IMG/VR virus record: IMGVR_UViG_3300032282_005588
Location: 16,083-80,082 of that record
Length of the DNA stretch: 64,000 bases
Direction: 5' to 3' (one strand)
Origin: a virus
Numbering within the stretch: position 1 is the first letter of the stretch; the number at the start of each line of letters is the position of its first letter. The translations under genes and the position numbers were made by a program. The notes under the pieces are model-generated. The model saw nothing but the letters and a program-made list of their open reading frames with translations. It ran no database searches and was not told where the DNA came from. This document shows positions 22,784 through 32,858 of the stretch, one piece after another.

Positions 22784-23428
22784 ATGTTACACAATTACTC
22801 TATTAATCAAGATGGTATTATAAAACAAGATAAAATAATACATCAAATCCAACCTTACAATGTAGATTATGTTAATACAAGATACAATACATATGGTGAA
22901 AAAGGTTTACAAATGGCTTTCTACAGGTTAGGTTTTATTTTAGGACATATAAAATTTATCCCTAATTCTATACTTGATATAGGATATGGTAATGGTGATT
23001 TTTTAAAAGTAGCAAAATCTATAGTACCAAATTGTTATGGTAATGATATTACTGATTATCCTCTTCCTGATGGAGTTGATTTTATCAACGATATAATGAC
23101 ACAACATTATGATGTTATAACATTTTTTGATGTATTAGAGCATTTTGAAAACATAGAATTTATATCAAATCTTAAATGTAATTATATTGTTATAAGTTTA
23201 CCATGGTGTTATAATTTTAATGATGAATGGTTTGAAAATTGGAAACATAGAAGACCTGATGAACATTTATGGCATTTTAATGATAAATCACTAATAGCAT
23301 TTTTTGATCGTATGGGTTATAATTTAATATCTATAACTAATTTTGAAGATGCTATTCGTAAAGATAATAATGCTTTGAAATATAATTATAATAATATATT
23401 AACTGGTGTATTTAATAAAAGAAACTAA
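22784..23428 (+). CDS. Class I SAM-dependent methyltransferase
   Basis: ILDIGYGNG, FFDVLEH, EHLWHF. Confidence 0.85.
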   Translation: MLHNYSINQDGIIKQDKIIHQIQPYNVDYVNTRYNTYGEKGLQMAFYRLGFILGHIKFIPNSILDIGYGNGDFLKVAKSIVPNCYGNDITDYPLPDGVDFINDIMTQHYDVITFFDVLEHFENIEFISNLKCNYIVISLPWCYNFNDEWFENWKHRRPDEHLWHFNDKSLIAFFDRMGYNLISITNFEDAIRKDNNALKYNYNNILTGVFNKRN

Positions 23429-23439
23429 TTTTATATAAT

Positions 23440-24390
23440 ATGACAAAAGTAGTATATATAACAGGTTGTTTAGGATTTATAGGATCTTATGTAACAAAAA
23501 TGTGTCTTGAAAAAGGTTGGTATGTTAAGGGTATTGATAAAATAACATATGCCGCTAATAAAGATTTATTAAATGAGTTTAAACAATTTCCTAACTTTTC
23601 ATTTGTATATTGTGATATAAATGATTTAAAATTTTTATATGATTGTGATTATATTATTAATACAGCAGCTGAAACTCATGTTGGTAATAGTATAGCAAGT
23701 AGTACTGAGTTTGTTAAATCAAATATAGATGGTGTTCATAATATTTTAGAATTAATTAAAAATCATAGAGGTGAAAATGTTAAAAAACCTACTCTTATTC
23801 ATTTTAGTACAGATGAAGTATATGGAGATATTGAAGAAGGAGCCCATACTGAAAATGATTTATTAAAACCATCAAATCCATATTCAGCAACTAAAGCAGC
23901 AGCGGATATGTTAGTAATGGCTTGGGGTAGAACACATAAAGTACCTTATGTTATTGTTAGACCGACTAATAATTATGGAGCAGGACAATATGTAGAAAAA
24001 CTTATTCCTAAAGCATGTAAATATATTAAATTAGAAAGAAAAATACCATTACATAATAATGGAACACCAATCCGAAATTGGTTACATGCTCAAGATACAG
24101 CTGATGCAGTTATCACTATAATTGAAGCTGGGGTTGAAAATGAAATATATAATATATGCGGAGGATTTGAACAATCTAACATCACTACAGTAGAAAAAAT
24201 ACTTAAAGAATATTTTGGAGATATAGATCCTTATAATTATATTGATACGTCCTATAGTAGAAAAGGACAAGATGTTAGGTATGCTTTGGATGATTCTAAA
24301 TTAAGAATGTTAGGTTGGGAACCTAAAAAACAATTTGATCAAGAACTAAAATATATAGTAGAATATTATAAAAATAAATTTATATGGTAA
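23440..24390 (+). CDS. NDP-glucose 4,6-dehydratase (RfbB/RmlB-like)
   Basis: GCLGFIG, AAETHV, STDEVYG, PYSATK, NNYG, EKLIP. Confidence 0.9.
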   Translation: MTKVVYITGCLGFIGSYVTKMCLEKGWYVKGIDKITYAANKDLLNEFKQFPNFSFVYCDINDLKFLYDCDYIINTAAETHVGNSIASSTEFVKSNIDGVHNILELIKNHRGENVKKPTLIHFSTDEVYGDIEEGAHTENDLLKPSNPYSATKAAADMLVMAWGRTHKVPYVIVRPTNNYGAGQYVEKLIPKACKYIKLERKIPLHNNGTPIRNWLHAQDTADAVITIIEAGVENEIYNICGGFEQSNITTVEKILKEYFGDIDPYNYIDTSYSRKGQDVRYALDDSKLRMLGWEPKKQFDQELKYIVEYYKNKFIW

Positions 24391-26135
24391 AGATTAGTGA
24401 TGTAATAGCAGATTTTTTAGTAAAACAAGGAATCGAGGTTGTTTTTGGGATTATAGGATCAGCCAATTCATATATTTACAATTCTATTGATAAACAAACT
24501 AATATTAAACTTATACCTACTCATCATGAGCAGGCAGCTGTGATGGCTATGGGAGCTTATTATAGAGCCACAGGTAAAATGGCGGCTGCTTTAGTTACAG
24601 CAGGAGGAGGTTCATCAAACGCTTTCACAGGGATATTATCAAATTGGGCAGATTCTATTCCTGGTATTATAATAGCAGGTCAAGAACAAACTTATTATAT
24701 TGATGAATATAAAGATATGAGAATGTATGGTATTCAGGGTTATGATTCAGTAGAAACTTATAAAAATTGCACTAAATTGTCTGTTCGTATAACTAAAGAA
24801 AATATAAAGGAAATGTTATCTTTAACATATACTGTTACAAATAGTAAAAGACCAGGTCCAGTGTATTTAGAAGTTCCATTTGATATTCAAAGCCAAATGG
24901 TTGAAAATACAGACTATCCTACATTTAATTACTATGATACTGAGCCAATTGAAGAAGCAGAATATATCGCTTATAAATTATGTAAAGCTAAACGCCCATT
25001 AATTTTAGGAGGACATGGAGTAAAATTATCACATGCTGAATCTTTATTTGAAAAATTTATTACTGAACATAATATACCTACAGTATTAAGTTGGTCAGCG
25101 GTTGATTTATTAGCAACAGATAATATAAATAATTTTGGTAGACCTGGTGTTCAAGGTCAAAGAGCAGCTAATTTCATTATACAAAATTGTGACTTATTAA
25201 TTGTATTAGGTAGTAGATTATCTCTTTTACAAACAGGTTATTCAAGAAATGATTTTGCTCCTAACGCGGAAATTATTCATGTTGATATTGATCCAACTGA
25301 AACTAAGAAATTTAATGGAAAAAATTATAACATAGATGTTAATTTATTGCTAAAAGCTCTTAATAAACTTGAATCTAATATTAAATTAGATATTCAATCT
25401 TGGAGAGATTATTGTAATAAAATGAAAACAAATTATCCATTAGTAATACCTGAACATTTAGCTGATCCAACTAACTCATATACTTTTATAGATAAACTTT
25501 CTAAAGCATTACCTGATAACTATACTATTGTAACAGATATGGGAACTGCTTTATTAAGTGGATTTTATGGATTTAATATTAAACCAAACCAAAAAATGTT
25601 TACATCATTAGGTCTAGGAGAAATGGGTTATGGATTAGCAGCGGCTGTAGGAGCAGGATTTGGAGATAAACCAGTAATATGTTTAAATTGTGATGGAGGA
25701 ATGATGATGAATTTACAAGAACTGCAAACAATCAAAACACATAATCTACCAGTTAAAATTGTCATTTTTAATAATGATGGTTATCTTATGATTAAACATA
25801 CACAGAAAATGCTATTTCAAGGTCATAAAACATGTGTTGATAAGAGTACAGGTGTTGAACTTCCAAACTATAAAAAAGTAGCAAAAGCTTTTAATTATAA
25901 TTATTATACTGAAGATCAAATGGATAATTTTTTAAATGATCCATCTCAAGCTATAATGGAAGTATTTATGGATCCTAATCAAGAATTTATACCAAAAGTA
26001 AAAGGTATGAAACAACAAGATAATACTATTAAAGCAGGATTATTAGAAGAAATGTCTCCTCTTCTTCCAATTGAAAAAATAGAAGAAGCAATGATATCAG
26101 GAATTAATGAACGAAGTAAACAAGCAATAAGATGA
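24384..26135 (+). CDS. ThDP-dependent carboligase (acetolactate-synthase fold, YerE-like)
   Basis: HHEQAA.MA, RPGPVYLE.P.D, GEMGYGL.AA.G, DGG.MMNLQEL, NNDGY. Embedded in a sugar cluster. Confidence 0.85.
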   Translation: MVKISDVIADFLVKQGIEVVFGIIGSANSYIYNSIDKQTNIKLIPTHHEQAAVMAMGAYYRATGKMAAALVTAGGGSSNAFTGILSNWADSIPGIIIAGQEQTYYIDEYKDMRMYGIQGYDSVETYKNCTKLSVRITKENIKEMLSLTYTVTNSKRPGPVYLEVPFDIQSQMVENTDYPTFNYYDTEPIEEAEYIAYKLCKAKRPLILGGHGVKLSHAESLFEKFITEHNIPTVLSWSAVDLLATDNINNFGRPGVQGQRAANFIIQNCDLLIVLGSRLSLLQTGYSRNDFAPNAEIIHVDIDPTETKKFNGKNYNIDVNLLLKALNKLESNIKLDIQSWRDYCNKMKTNYPLVIPEHLADPTNSYTFIDKLSKALPDNYTIVTDMGTALLSGFYGFNIKPNQKMFTSLGLGEMGYGLAAAVGAGFGDKPVICLNCDGGMMMNLQELQTIKTHNLPVKIVIFNNDGYLMIKHTQKMLFQGHKTCVDKSTGVELPNYKKVAKAFNYNYYTEDQMDNFLNDPSQAIMEVFMDPNQEFIPKVKGMKQQDNTIKAGLLEEMSPLLPIEKIEEAMISGINERSKQAIR

Positions 26136-26995
26136 AAATAAAAGCAGCAATATTAGGTACAGGTAATATAGGTACAGATTTATTACTTAAAGCCTTAAAA
26201 ACAGACTTTATTGAAATAGTAGCTTTTGTAGGACGAAGATTAGATTCAGATGGGATGATAATAGCTATAAATAAAGGAATTAATACATCAGATCAAGGAA
26301 TAAATTATTTTATTAATAATCCAAAATGTTGTGATGTAGTTTATGATTGTACAAGTGCTTTAGATGCATGTGAACATGCTAAAATATTTAAAGAACAAGG
26401 AATAAAAGTAATTGACTTAACACCAGCTAAAGTAGGTGATATGTGTGTTCCTGATATAAACTCAGAAATTATATTAACTGATATGAATGTTAATATGATT
26501 ACTTGTGGAGGACAAGCATCAATGCCTATGTTACATCTTTTATCAAAATATTGTAAAGGATTAGAATATATTGAGATTGTATCTCAAATAGCCTCTAAAA
26601 GCGCTGGAATGGCTACTCGAATCAATGTTGATAATTATATTAATACAACAAAAAAAGCTATTACTAAATTTACAGGATGTAATAATACAAAAGTTATTCT
26701 TAATCTTAATCCAGCTGAACCTTGTGTTGATATGCAGACTACAATTTTTATTAAAACAAAACATATTGAATTTAAAAATTTAACTGAAAAATTATTGGAT
26801 AAAATTGAGGAATTAAAAACATATATTCCTTATTATGAATTAGTACTTCCACCAACAATGAATGAAAATGGTATTGTAGTATTAAGTATAAGAGTAAAAG
26901 GTACAGGAGATTATTTACCTGAATATGCTGGTAATTTGGATATTATAAATTGTGCAGCTATAAAAGTAACAGAAAAATTAAAAGAAACTCTATGA
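26132..26995 (+). CDS. Acetaldehyde dehydrogenase, acylating (DmpF/MhpF family)
   Basis: GTGNIGTDL, IDLTPA, NVNMITCGGQA, SKSAG.ATR.N.D, GDYLP.YAGNLDI. Confidence 0.92.
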   Translation: MKIKAAILGTGNIGTDLLLKALKTDFIEIVAFVGRRLDSDGMIIAINKGINTSDQGINYFINNPKCCDVVYDCTSALDACEHAKIFKEQGIKVIDLTPAKVGDMCVPDINSEIILTDMNVNMITCGGQASMPMLHLLSKYCKGLEYIEIVSQIASKSAGMATRINVDNYINTTKKAITKFTGCNNTKVILNLNPAEPCVDMQTTIFIKTKHIEFKNLTEKLLDKIEELKTYIPYYELVLPPTMNENGIVVLSIRVKGTGDYLPEYAGNLDIINCAAIKVTEKLKETL

Positions 26996-27990
26996 AAAAA
27001 ATTATTATAACTGATTCAAGTCTTAGAGATGGAAATCATAGTGTTAAACATACTATAAGTTTAGATAGTATTGAAAAATATTGTCAATTTGCTGATAAAG
27101 CAGGAATACCAATTGTTGAAGTAGGACATGGAAATGGTTTAGCAGCTTCATCTTTATTGATAGGAAAATCTCCTAATACTGATAAAGAAATGCTTACAGT
27201 TGCTAGAAAAAATTTAAAAAATAGTAAATTAGGAGTACATACTATTCCTGGGTTATCTACAATAGATGATGCAAAAGCTGCTATTGATTATGGAGTTGAT
27301 GTTTTTAGGGTTGCAACTCATTGTACTGAAGCTACATTATCAAAATCTCATATAGAATATCTTGCTAAAACTGGTAAAACAGTTTATGGAGTACTAATGA
27401 TGAGTGCTTTAATAAGCGCTGATGAATTAGTTGAACAAGCTAAAATAATGGAAAGTTATGGGGCTGAAGCTATTATTATTATGGATTCAACTGGGACATA
27501 TTTACCAAATGATGTAGAAGAAAGAATTAAAAAATTAAAAGCTTATACTGATATTAAAGTAGGGTTTCATGCTCACAATAATTTAGGATGTGCTATTGCA
27601 AATTCATTAACAGCAGTCGAGTGTGGAGCTGATTTAATTGATGCTTGTATTCGGGGATTTGGAGCGGGAGCTGGGAATGCTTCATTAGAATTATTACTTC
27701 CAGTATTAGAAAAGAGTGGATTTGAAACAGGAATTGATTTTAAAGAAACAATTAAAGAAGCAGATCACGTAATGGATTATTTAGTCCCTGAAGCCCCAAT
27801 TATTACCCCAATTAATGTTTTAACAGGCTTAACCAAACTATTCTCAGGATTTGAGAAACCAATTATTAAAGCATCTAAAATATATGGTATTGAATATTCT
27901 TCTTTGATATTTGAATTAGGCAATAGAAAATTAGTAGCAGGGCAAGAGGATTTAATATTAGAAATAGCTCAAAATCTAAAAAACAAATGA
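26992..27990 (+). CDS. 4-hydroxy-2-oxovalerate aldolase (DmpG/MhpE family)
   Basis: LRDGNH, EVGHGNGL, RVATHCTEA, GFHAHNNLG, GFGAGAGN, VAGQED.I. Confidence 0.92.
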   Translation: MKKIIITDSSLRDGNHSVKHTISLDSIEKYCQFADKAGIPIVEVGHGNGLAASSLLIGKSPNTDKEMLTVARKNLKNSKLGVHTIPGLSTIDDAKAAIDYGVDVFRVATHCTEATLSKSHIEYLAKTGKTVYGVLMMSALISADELVEQAKIMESYGAEAIIIMDSTGTYLPNDVEERIKKLKAYTDIKVGFHAHNNLGCAIANSLTAVECGADLIDACIRGFGAGAGNASLELLLPVLEKSGFETGIDFKETIKEADHVMDYLVPEAPIITPINVLTGLTKLFSGFEKPIIKASKIYGIEYSSLIFELGNRKLVAGQEDLILEIAQNLKNK

Positions 27991-28766
27991 AAATATTAAT
28001 TACAGGAGGTGAAGGTTATGTAGCAAAAAGTTTATATAATGCTTTTAAAGATAAATATAATGTTACTTCTATAAGTCGAAAAGATTTTGATTTAACTGGT
28101 TTTGAAGCGATGAATAAGTTTTTTCAAGGAAAATATTTTGATACAGTCATTCATTGTGCTGTTGTGGGAGGTAGCAGACTAAAAATAGATTCATATAAAG
28201 ATATGGATATTAATTTATCTATGTATTATAATCTTCTTCAACATAAATCTCATTTTAATAGATTAATACATTTTGGTTCAGGAGCAGAAATACATAACTC
28301 AGAATCACCATATGGTTTAAGTAAAAGAATAATAGCTAAATCAATATCAGAAATAGATAATTTTTATAATATAAGAATATATGGGCTGTTTGATGAAAAT
28401 GAATGGGATACTAGGTTCATTAAAGCATGTATTAAAAAATATATCAATAAAGAACCAATGCTAATTCAAGATAAGAAAATGTCTTTTTTTTATATGAAAG
28501 ATTTAATAACATTAGTAGAATATCATATTTTAACTTCTTCTGATTCATTATTAAAAGAAAGTAATTGTGCATATATTAATTTAACTTCTTTATTAGATAT
28601 AGCTAATATTATAAATGAATTAGATGATTATAAAGTTCCTATTTATATGGATATACAAACAGGTAAAAATTATGAATCAAATTTTAATGTTCCTTATGGA
28701 TTAAAATATATTGGATTAAAACAAGGAATTATAGAAACATATAATAAATTAAAAAATGAACATTAA
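27987..28766 (+). CDS. NAD-dependent epimerase/reductase (extended SDR)
   Basis: ILITGGEGYVA, GSGAE, YGLSK. Confidence 0.85.
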   Translation: MKILITGGEGYVAKSLYNAFKDKYNVTSISRKDFDLTGFEAMNKFFQGKYFDTVIHCAVVGGSRLKIDSYKDMDINLSMYYNLLQHKSHFNRLIHFGSGAEIHNSESPYGLSKRIIAKSISEIDNFYNIRIYGLFDENEWDTRFIKACIKKYINKEPMLIQDKKMSFFYMKDLITLVEYHILTSSDSLLKESNCAYINLTSLLDIANIINELDDYKVPIYMDIQTGKNYESNFNVPYGLKYIGLKQGIIETYNKLKNEH

Positions 28767-29667
28767 AATAATATATCATATAATGCCTTGGGAAATAGAC
28801 TATGCTCTATTAACCTTTACTCAATTAAAAAAATCTAAATATTATTTATCAAAAGATGATAATATCTCAATTGAGACTGTTTTGAATTTATCTTCATATA
28901 TTATTGATTGGGAAAAAAGTAAACTACCAAAAGAATTTTTTATTGAAAAATATAATCAAATTTCTAATTTATTAATAGATTATAACCATATAAAAAGAAT
29001 ATATGATGGTGATAAACTTTATGGACACCTGAATCTTCAAAGAGAATGCATTTCAACTGAAATTGACTATTATATGACTATATGTCCTGATATGTATTTT
29101 AGTGAGTATTCATTATCATATATGATTGAGGGTGCTAAAACTATTAAAAATAAGCATTTTGTAATTACTCCTCAAATTTCCAAACTTTGGGATAACACAT
29201 GGGATATATTAGTTAATCCTTTATATAATGATAAATCATATGAAAATTGGTTTGAAACAGATATATTTGATATAATATATAATGATTCTTTAGATTCATC
29301 TATAATTTTGACTCCCATTAATCAAAGTAAATATGCTGGGTGGTTTGATTTATATAGTAAAGAATTTTACGAAAACTTAGTTCCTGTTTGGGATGAATGG
29401 GAAGGATATGGATCTTGGGATTGGTATACTTTGTTAGTAACAGAAAAATATAAACAATTCGGAGGAGATTTTCAACAATATCTTTTAGAAGGAAAAACTA
29501 TATTTGAATATTCTATTGGTCCTCTTAAAGAAGGATTTGGTTTTTATTATAAAAACTTTTTACATTTAAATGATATACCTGACCAAAAAGAAAATTTTAA
29601 AAAGAAAATTGTTGAATATGCCAATATCAGATTAAATCAATTACTAAATAAATCAATTACTAAATGA
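28756..29667 (+). CDS. Putative glycosyltransferase (GT-A-like)
   Basis: PD.YF and GYGSWD motifs, plus cluster context. Confidence 0.5.
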   Translation: MNIKIIYHIMPWEIDYALLTFTQLKKSKYYLSKDDNISIETVLNLSSYIIDWEKSKLPKEFFIEKYNQISNLLIDYNHIKRIYDGDKLYGHLNLQRECISTEIDYYMTICPDMYFSEYSLSYMIEGAKTIKNKHFVITPQISKLWDNTWDILVNPLYNDKSYENWFETDIFDIIYNDSLDSSIILTPINQSKYAGWFDLYSKEFYENLVPVWDEWEGYGSWDWYTLLVTEKYKQFGGDFQQYLLEGKTIFEYSIGPLKEGFGFYYKNFLHLNDIPDQKENFKKKIVEYANIRLNQLLNKSITK

Positions 29668-30500
29668 ATCAAATAATAATAGCAGCTCCTTGTTATAATG
29701 AATCTGTTGGAGGAATAGTAGTTCAACATAAATTATGTCATATTCTAAATGAATTAGGATATAATTCCTCATTAACTACTACCTTAAAATTAAGTGGTCA
29801 AACTGAGTTTTTTGTATTAAATGAAAATCAAAATACAAAAATAGCAACAAATTTTGATCCTAAAGAAGATATTATTATATATCCTGAGATAGAACCTGGG
29901 AATCCATTCGGAGGTAAAAATGTCGTAAGATGGATATTAAATGATTATCATTTACCTGAAAAGGATAATACAATTAGTACTTGGGATGAAAAAGATTATT
30001 GGTTATATTATGATGATATGTTTTATGATGGATTAAAAGAAAAAAATATTTTATGTGTGCGAGAAACCAAATTAAATATTTTTAAAAATTATAATTTAGA
30101 AAGGAAATTCAAAGCATGTTTCACATATAGAAAAAATCATCACCTAAGATCTATATTACCAATAATACATCCTGATAATTCAATTGAAATACCTCATATA
30201 ATATCTGATGAAGAATTAGTTAGTATCTTTAATTCATGTGAGAAATTTTATAGTTATGATACTGAAACATATCTAAATGAACTTGCAGCATTATGTGGAT
30301 GTGAAAGTATTATTGTACCCCATAAAGATGCTAAGTTCAATCCTGTTCCAAGATGGGGGATAGCTTATGGGATTGAAAATATTCAATTTGCTTTAGATAC
30401 CCGTGAAAAATTAATAGAAACACTAACTCAACAAGAAACTGATAATTATTCTAATACTAGAATGGCTTTTGAAAAAATATTTAAATATTTTAACTTATGA
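29664..30500 (+). CDS. Putative glycosyltransferase (WavQ-like)
   Basis: GG.VV.HKLC..LN..G, IIYPEI..GNP....VVRWIL, YD..TYL..LAALCGC. Confidence 0.55.
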   Translation: MNQIIIAAPCYNESVGGIVVQHKLCHILNELGYNSSLTTTLKLSGQTEFFVLNENQNTKIATNFDPKEDIIIYPEIEPGNPFGGKNVVRWILNDYHLPEKDNTISTWDEKDYWLYYDDMFYDGLKEKNILCVRETKLNIFKNYNLERKFKACFTYRKNHHLRSILPIIHPDNSIEIPHIISDEELVSIFNSCEKFYSYDTETYLNELAALCGCESIIVPHKDAKFNPVPRWGIAYGIENIQFALDTREKLIETLTQQETDNYSNTRMAFEKIFKYFNL

Positions 30501-31225
30501 AAATTATATACAGAATTTCAGATATAGGATACTCTAAAGTAAAACCAGATTATATTAATAATGAAAATTGTTTAAAAAACTTTGTTCATATATTTGGTAA
30601 TCAAAATCTTCAAGTTATAGCAGATAATTGTAGTAAAGAAACACTACAAATGATTACTAAATATGTCCACCCACATAGTATAACAAATGTATCAGTAGGA
30701 CATGGAGCAGGAACATTTAACTTAGCCTTAGATATGGCTTTAAAAGGATTAGATGATGAAATAATTTATTTTGTAGAAAATGATTATATTCATATGCAAG
30801 GATCCCCAGAAATTTTAGAAGAAGGATTTGAATTAGGAGCATCATATATGACTTTATATCTTCATCCTGATAAATTTATTCCTCCATTTAGTGGTGGAAA
30901 TCCAGAAGTAGATCAAGATGGAGGATATATGACTAAAATCTTTAGAGGTGAAACTCAATTATTTGGAATGTTCAACAGCACAACTATGACATTTGCTGCT
31001 AAAGTAAAAACATTAAAAGAAGATGAAGCAATATTAAGAAAATATACAAATGGAACTCATCCAAATGACTTTCCTATGTTTTTAGAATTAAGAGATAAAG
31101 GTAGCGCTTTATTATGTCCTTTGAATACATTTAGTACTCATGCTGAAACAGCTTGGTTAGCACCATTATATAAAGTAAAACAAGAAAATTTAATTGAAGA
31201 ATGGAAAACACACCTATTTCAGTAA
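30497..31225 (+). CDS. Putative glycosyltransferase (GT2-like)
   Basis: IYFVENDYIH, STTMTFA, STH.E. Confidence 0.65.
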   Translation: MKIIYRISDIGYSKVKPDYINNENCLKNFVHIFGNQNLQVIADNCSKETLQMITKYVHPHSITNVSVGHGAGTFNLALDMALKGLDDEIIYFVENDYIHMQGSPEILEEGFELGASYMTLYLHPDKFIPPFSGGNPEVDQDGGYMTKIFRGETQLFGMFNSTTMTFAAKVKTLKEDEAILRKYTNGTHPNDFPMFLELRDKGSALLCPLNTFSTHAETAWLAPLYKVKQENLIEEWKTHLFQ

Positions 31226-31962
31226 TTATACCTACATTTCGCAGTCCAGAATCTCTTGATTTATGCTTACGTTCTGCTATTGAAGGACAACAAAACAAAA
31301 ATCAAATTGTTGTTGTTGTAGATGGTCATTATGATCTTAATAAAGAAGTGCTTGAAAAACATGTAAAATCAATTGATATACTTAATTTAGAACAAAATGT
31401 AGGATTATGTCGAGCTACTAATTTAGGTGTATATAACGCAAAGTATGACCGAATTTTAATAGTAAATGACGATAATATATTTCCATTAAATTGGGATATA
31501 AAACTATTAAAAGATTATACTCCCAACTCAGTTATATCACCAAATCAAATTGAACCTACACCAAGTATATTTAAACAATTCCATATTAAAGATTGTGGAC
31601 GTGATCCTAAAACATTTAGTTTAGAGAATTATTGGAAATACGAAGAACCACTACGTGGACTTTTCCCTGATGAAACAGGTTCAACACTCCCAATATTCAT
31701 GTCTAAAATAGATTATTTAAAAGTAGGTGGATGGGATGAAAATTATGAACAAGGAATGGTTGCCGATTGTGATTTTTTCCTTAAATGTAGATTAAATGGA
31801 ATGAAAATGTTAAGAACATATAATTCCCACTTTTATCATTTTGCATCTGTTTCAGTTAATGGAGAAAAAAGAATGTTAGCTGAACAAACAGGACATGAAT
31901 ATTTCAAATATAAATGGAGTGGATATATGAGAAGAGATCAAAACAATAATATAATTTATTAA
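31201..31962 (+). CDS. Glycosyltransferase family 2
   Basis: ISVIIPT, VVVDG, NLGV, VNDD, VGGWDE. Confidence 0.85.
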   Translation: MENTPISVIIPTFRSPESLDLCLRSAIEGQQNKNQIVVVVDGHYDLNKEVLEKHVKSIDILNLEQNVGLCRATNLGVYNAKYDRILIVNDDNIFPLNWDIKLLKDYTPNSVISPNQIEPTPSIFKQFHIKDCGRDPKTFSLENYWKYEEPLRGLFPDETGSTLPIFMSKIDYLKVGGWDENYEQGMVADCDFFLKCRLNGMKMLRTYNSHFYHFASVSVNGEKRMLAEQTGHEYFKYKWSGYMRRDQNNNIIY

Positions 31963-31991
31963 TTCAAAATATTTATAATTAAAAAATAATT

Positions 31992-32306
31992 ATGGGACAA
32001 ACTAAAAAATCTCTCCCTCATAATATTGATCTATTTTTCATTTCAGAAAATGAATTAGATCAATTATTACATAATGATGAATTTAAAGAAATTCTTATAA
32101 AAGAATCATATAAGGCTATATTAAAATCTATTAGGAGAAAAACTTTAAAAGCAACTATTGTTACTATAAACAATTTAGGAGTTTCTATAAATGTTGATAA
32201 AAAAGATTTTAAACCAATATTAGAAAAAGCTATCAAATATTTTGAAATAGATGAAAATTATAATGAATGTTCTAAAATAATTAAACTAATTAAAAAGTTA
32301 TCATGA
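31992..32306 (+). CDS. Hypothetical protein with a C-terminal UVR-like helix pair
   Basis: YFEIDENYNECSKI. Confidence 0.55.
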   Translation: MGQTKKSLPHNIDLFFISENELDQLLHNDEFKEILIKESYKAILKSIRRKTLKATIVTINNLGVSINVDKKDFKPILEKAIKYFEIDENYNECSKIIKLIKKLS

Positions 32307-32467
32307 AAAAATATATATTTTGTTACAAGTCTAACCCCAATGAAATAATTGGAATAGCACCAGCGGCTAAATTAGAAGCAGCTATAGATTATTTTGCATC
32401 TATAAAACAACTTCATCCAGGAGATTTTTTAAAAATATTTGACGTTAAAGAATATGAGCGAAAATAA
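32303..32467 (+). CDS. Small hypothetical protein (54 aa)
   Basis: Translated by hand. ATGA overlap with the upstream gene. Confidence 0.5.
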   Translation: MKKYIFCYKSNPNEIIGIAPAAKLEAAIDYFASIKQLHPGDFLKIFDVKEYERK

Positions 32468-32858
32468 TAAAATTAAAGATATCTTTGAAAAAGTATTAGG
32501 AACTAATATTGAAATAGAAGATATAAAAACTAATGGTCTTAGTGATAAAGAAACATTCACCAGTTTTATAAATATGTTTGATGATGTAAATCAAATAGAT
32601 AATGATGTATATGAAATGTTTAGTATGGATTTATCATCAATAACGAGTCCATATAATATATTAATTGAGAGTTTACTTTTAGTAATATATCCTCCAGGAA
32701 TAGTTGAACTTATATTGTGGTATATATATGACAGAAGAACACCAGAAGGAGAAATAAATCTCTTAGAGGATGAAACAGGAAAAAAATATAAACTTAAAAA
32801 TTCTAATGATTTATGGAATTTCCTCCAAAAACTTAAAATAAGTAATGAGACAAGCTAA
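32454..32858 (+). CDS. Hypothetical protein
   Basis: Coupled ORF in the operon. Confidence 0.6.
   Translation: MSENNKIKDIFEKVLGTNIEIEDIKTNGLSDKETFTSFINMFDDVNQIDNDVYEMFSMDLSSITSPYNILIESLLLVIYPPGIVELILWYIYDRRTPEGEINLLEDETGKKYKLKNSNDLWNFLQKLKISNETS

Noticed and set aside
26132-27990. Aromatic meta-cleavage auxiliary metabolic genes
   Set aside because: No dioxygenase, hydrolase or hydratase is present, and the pair is coupled to NDP-sugar enzymes.
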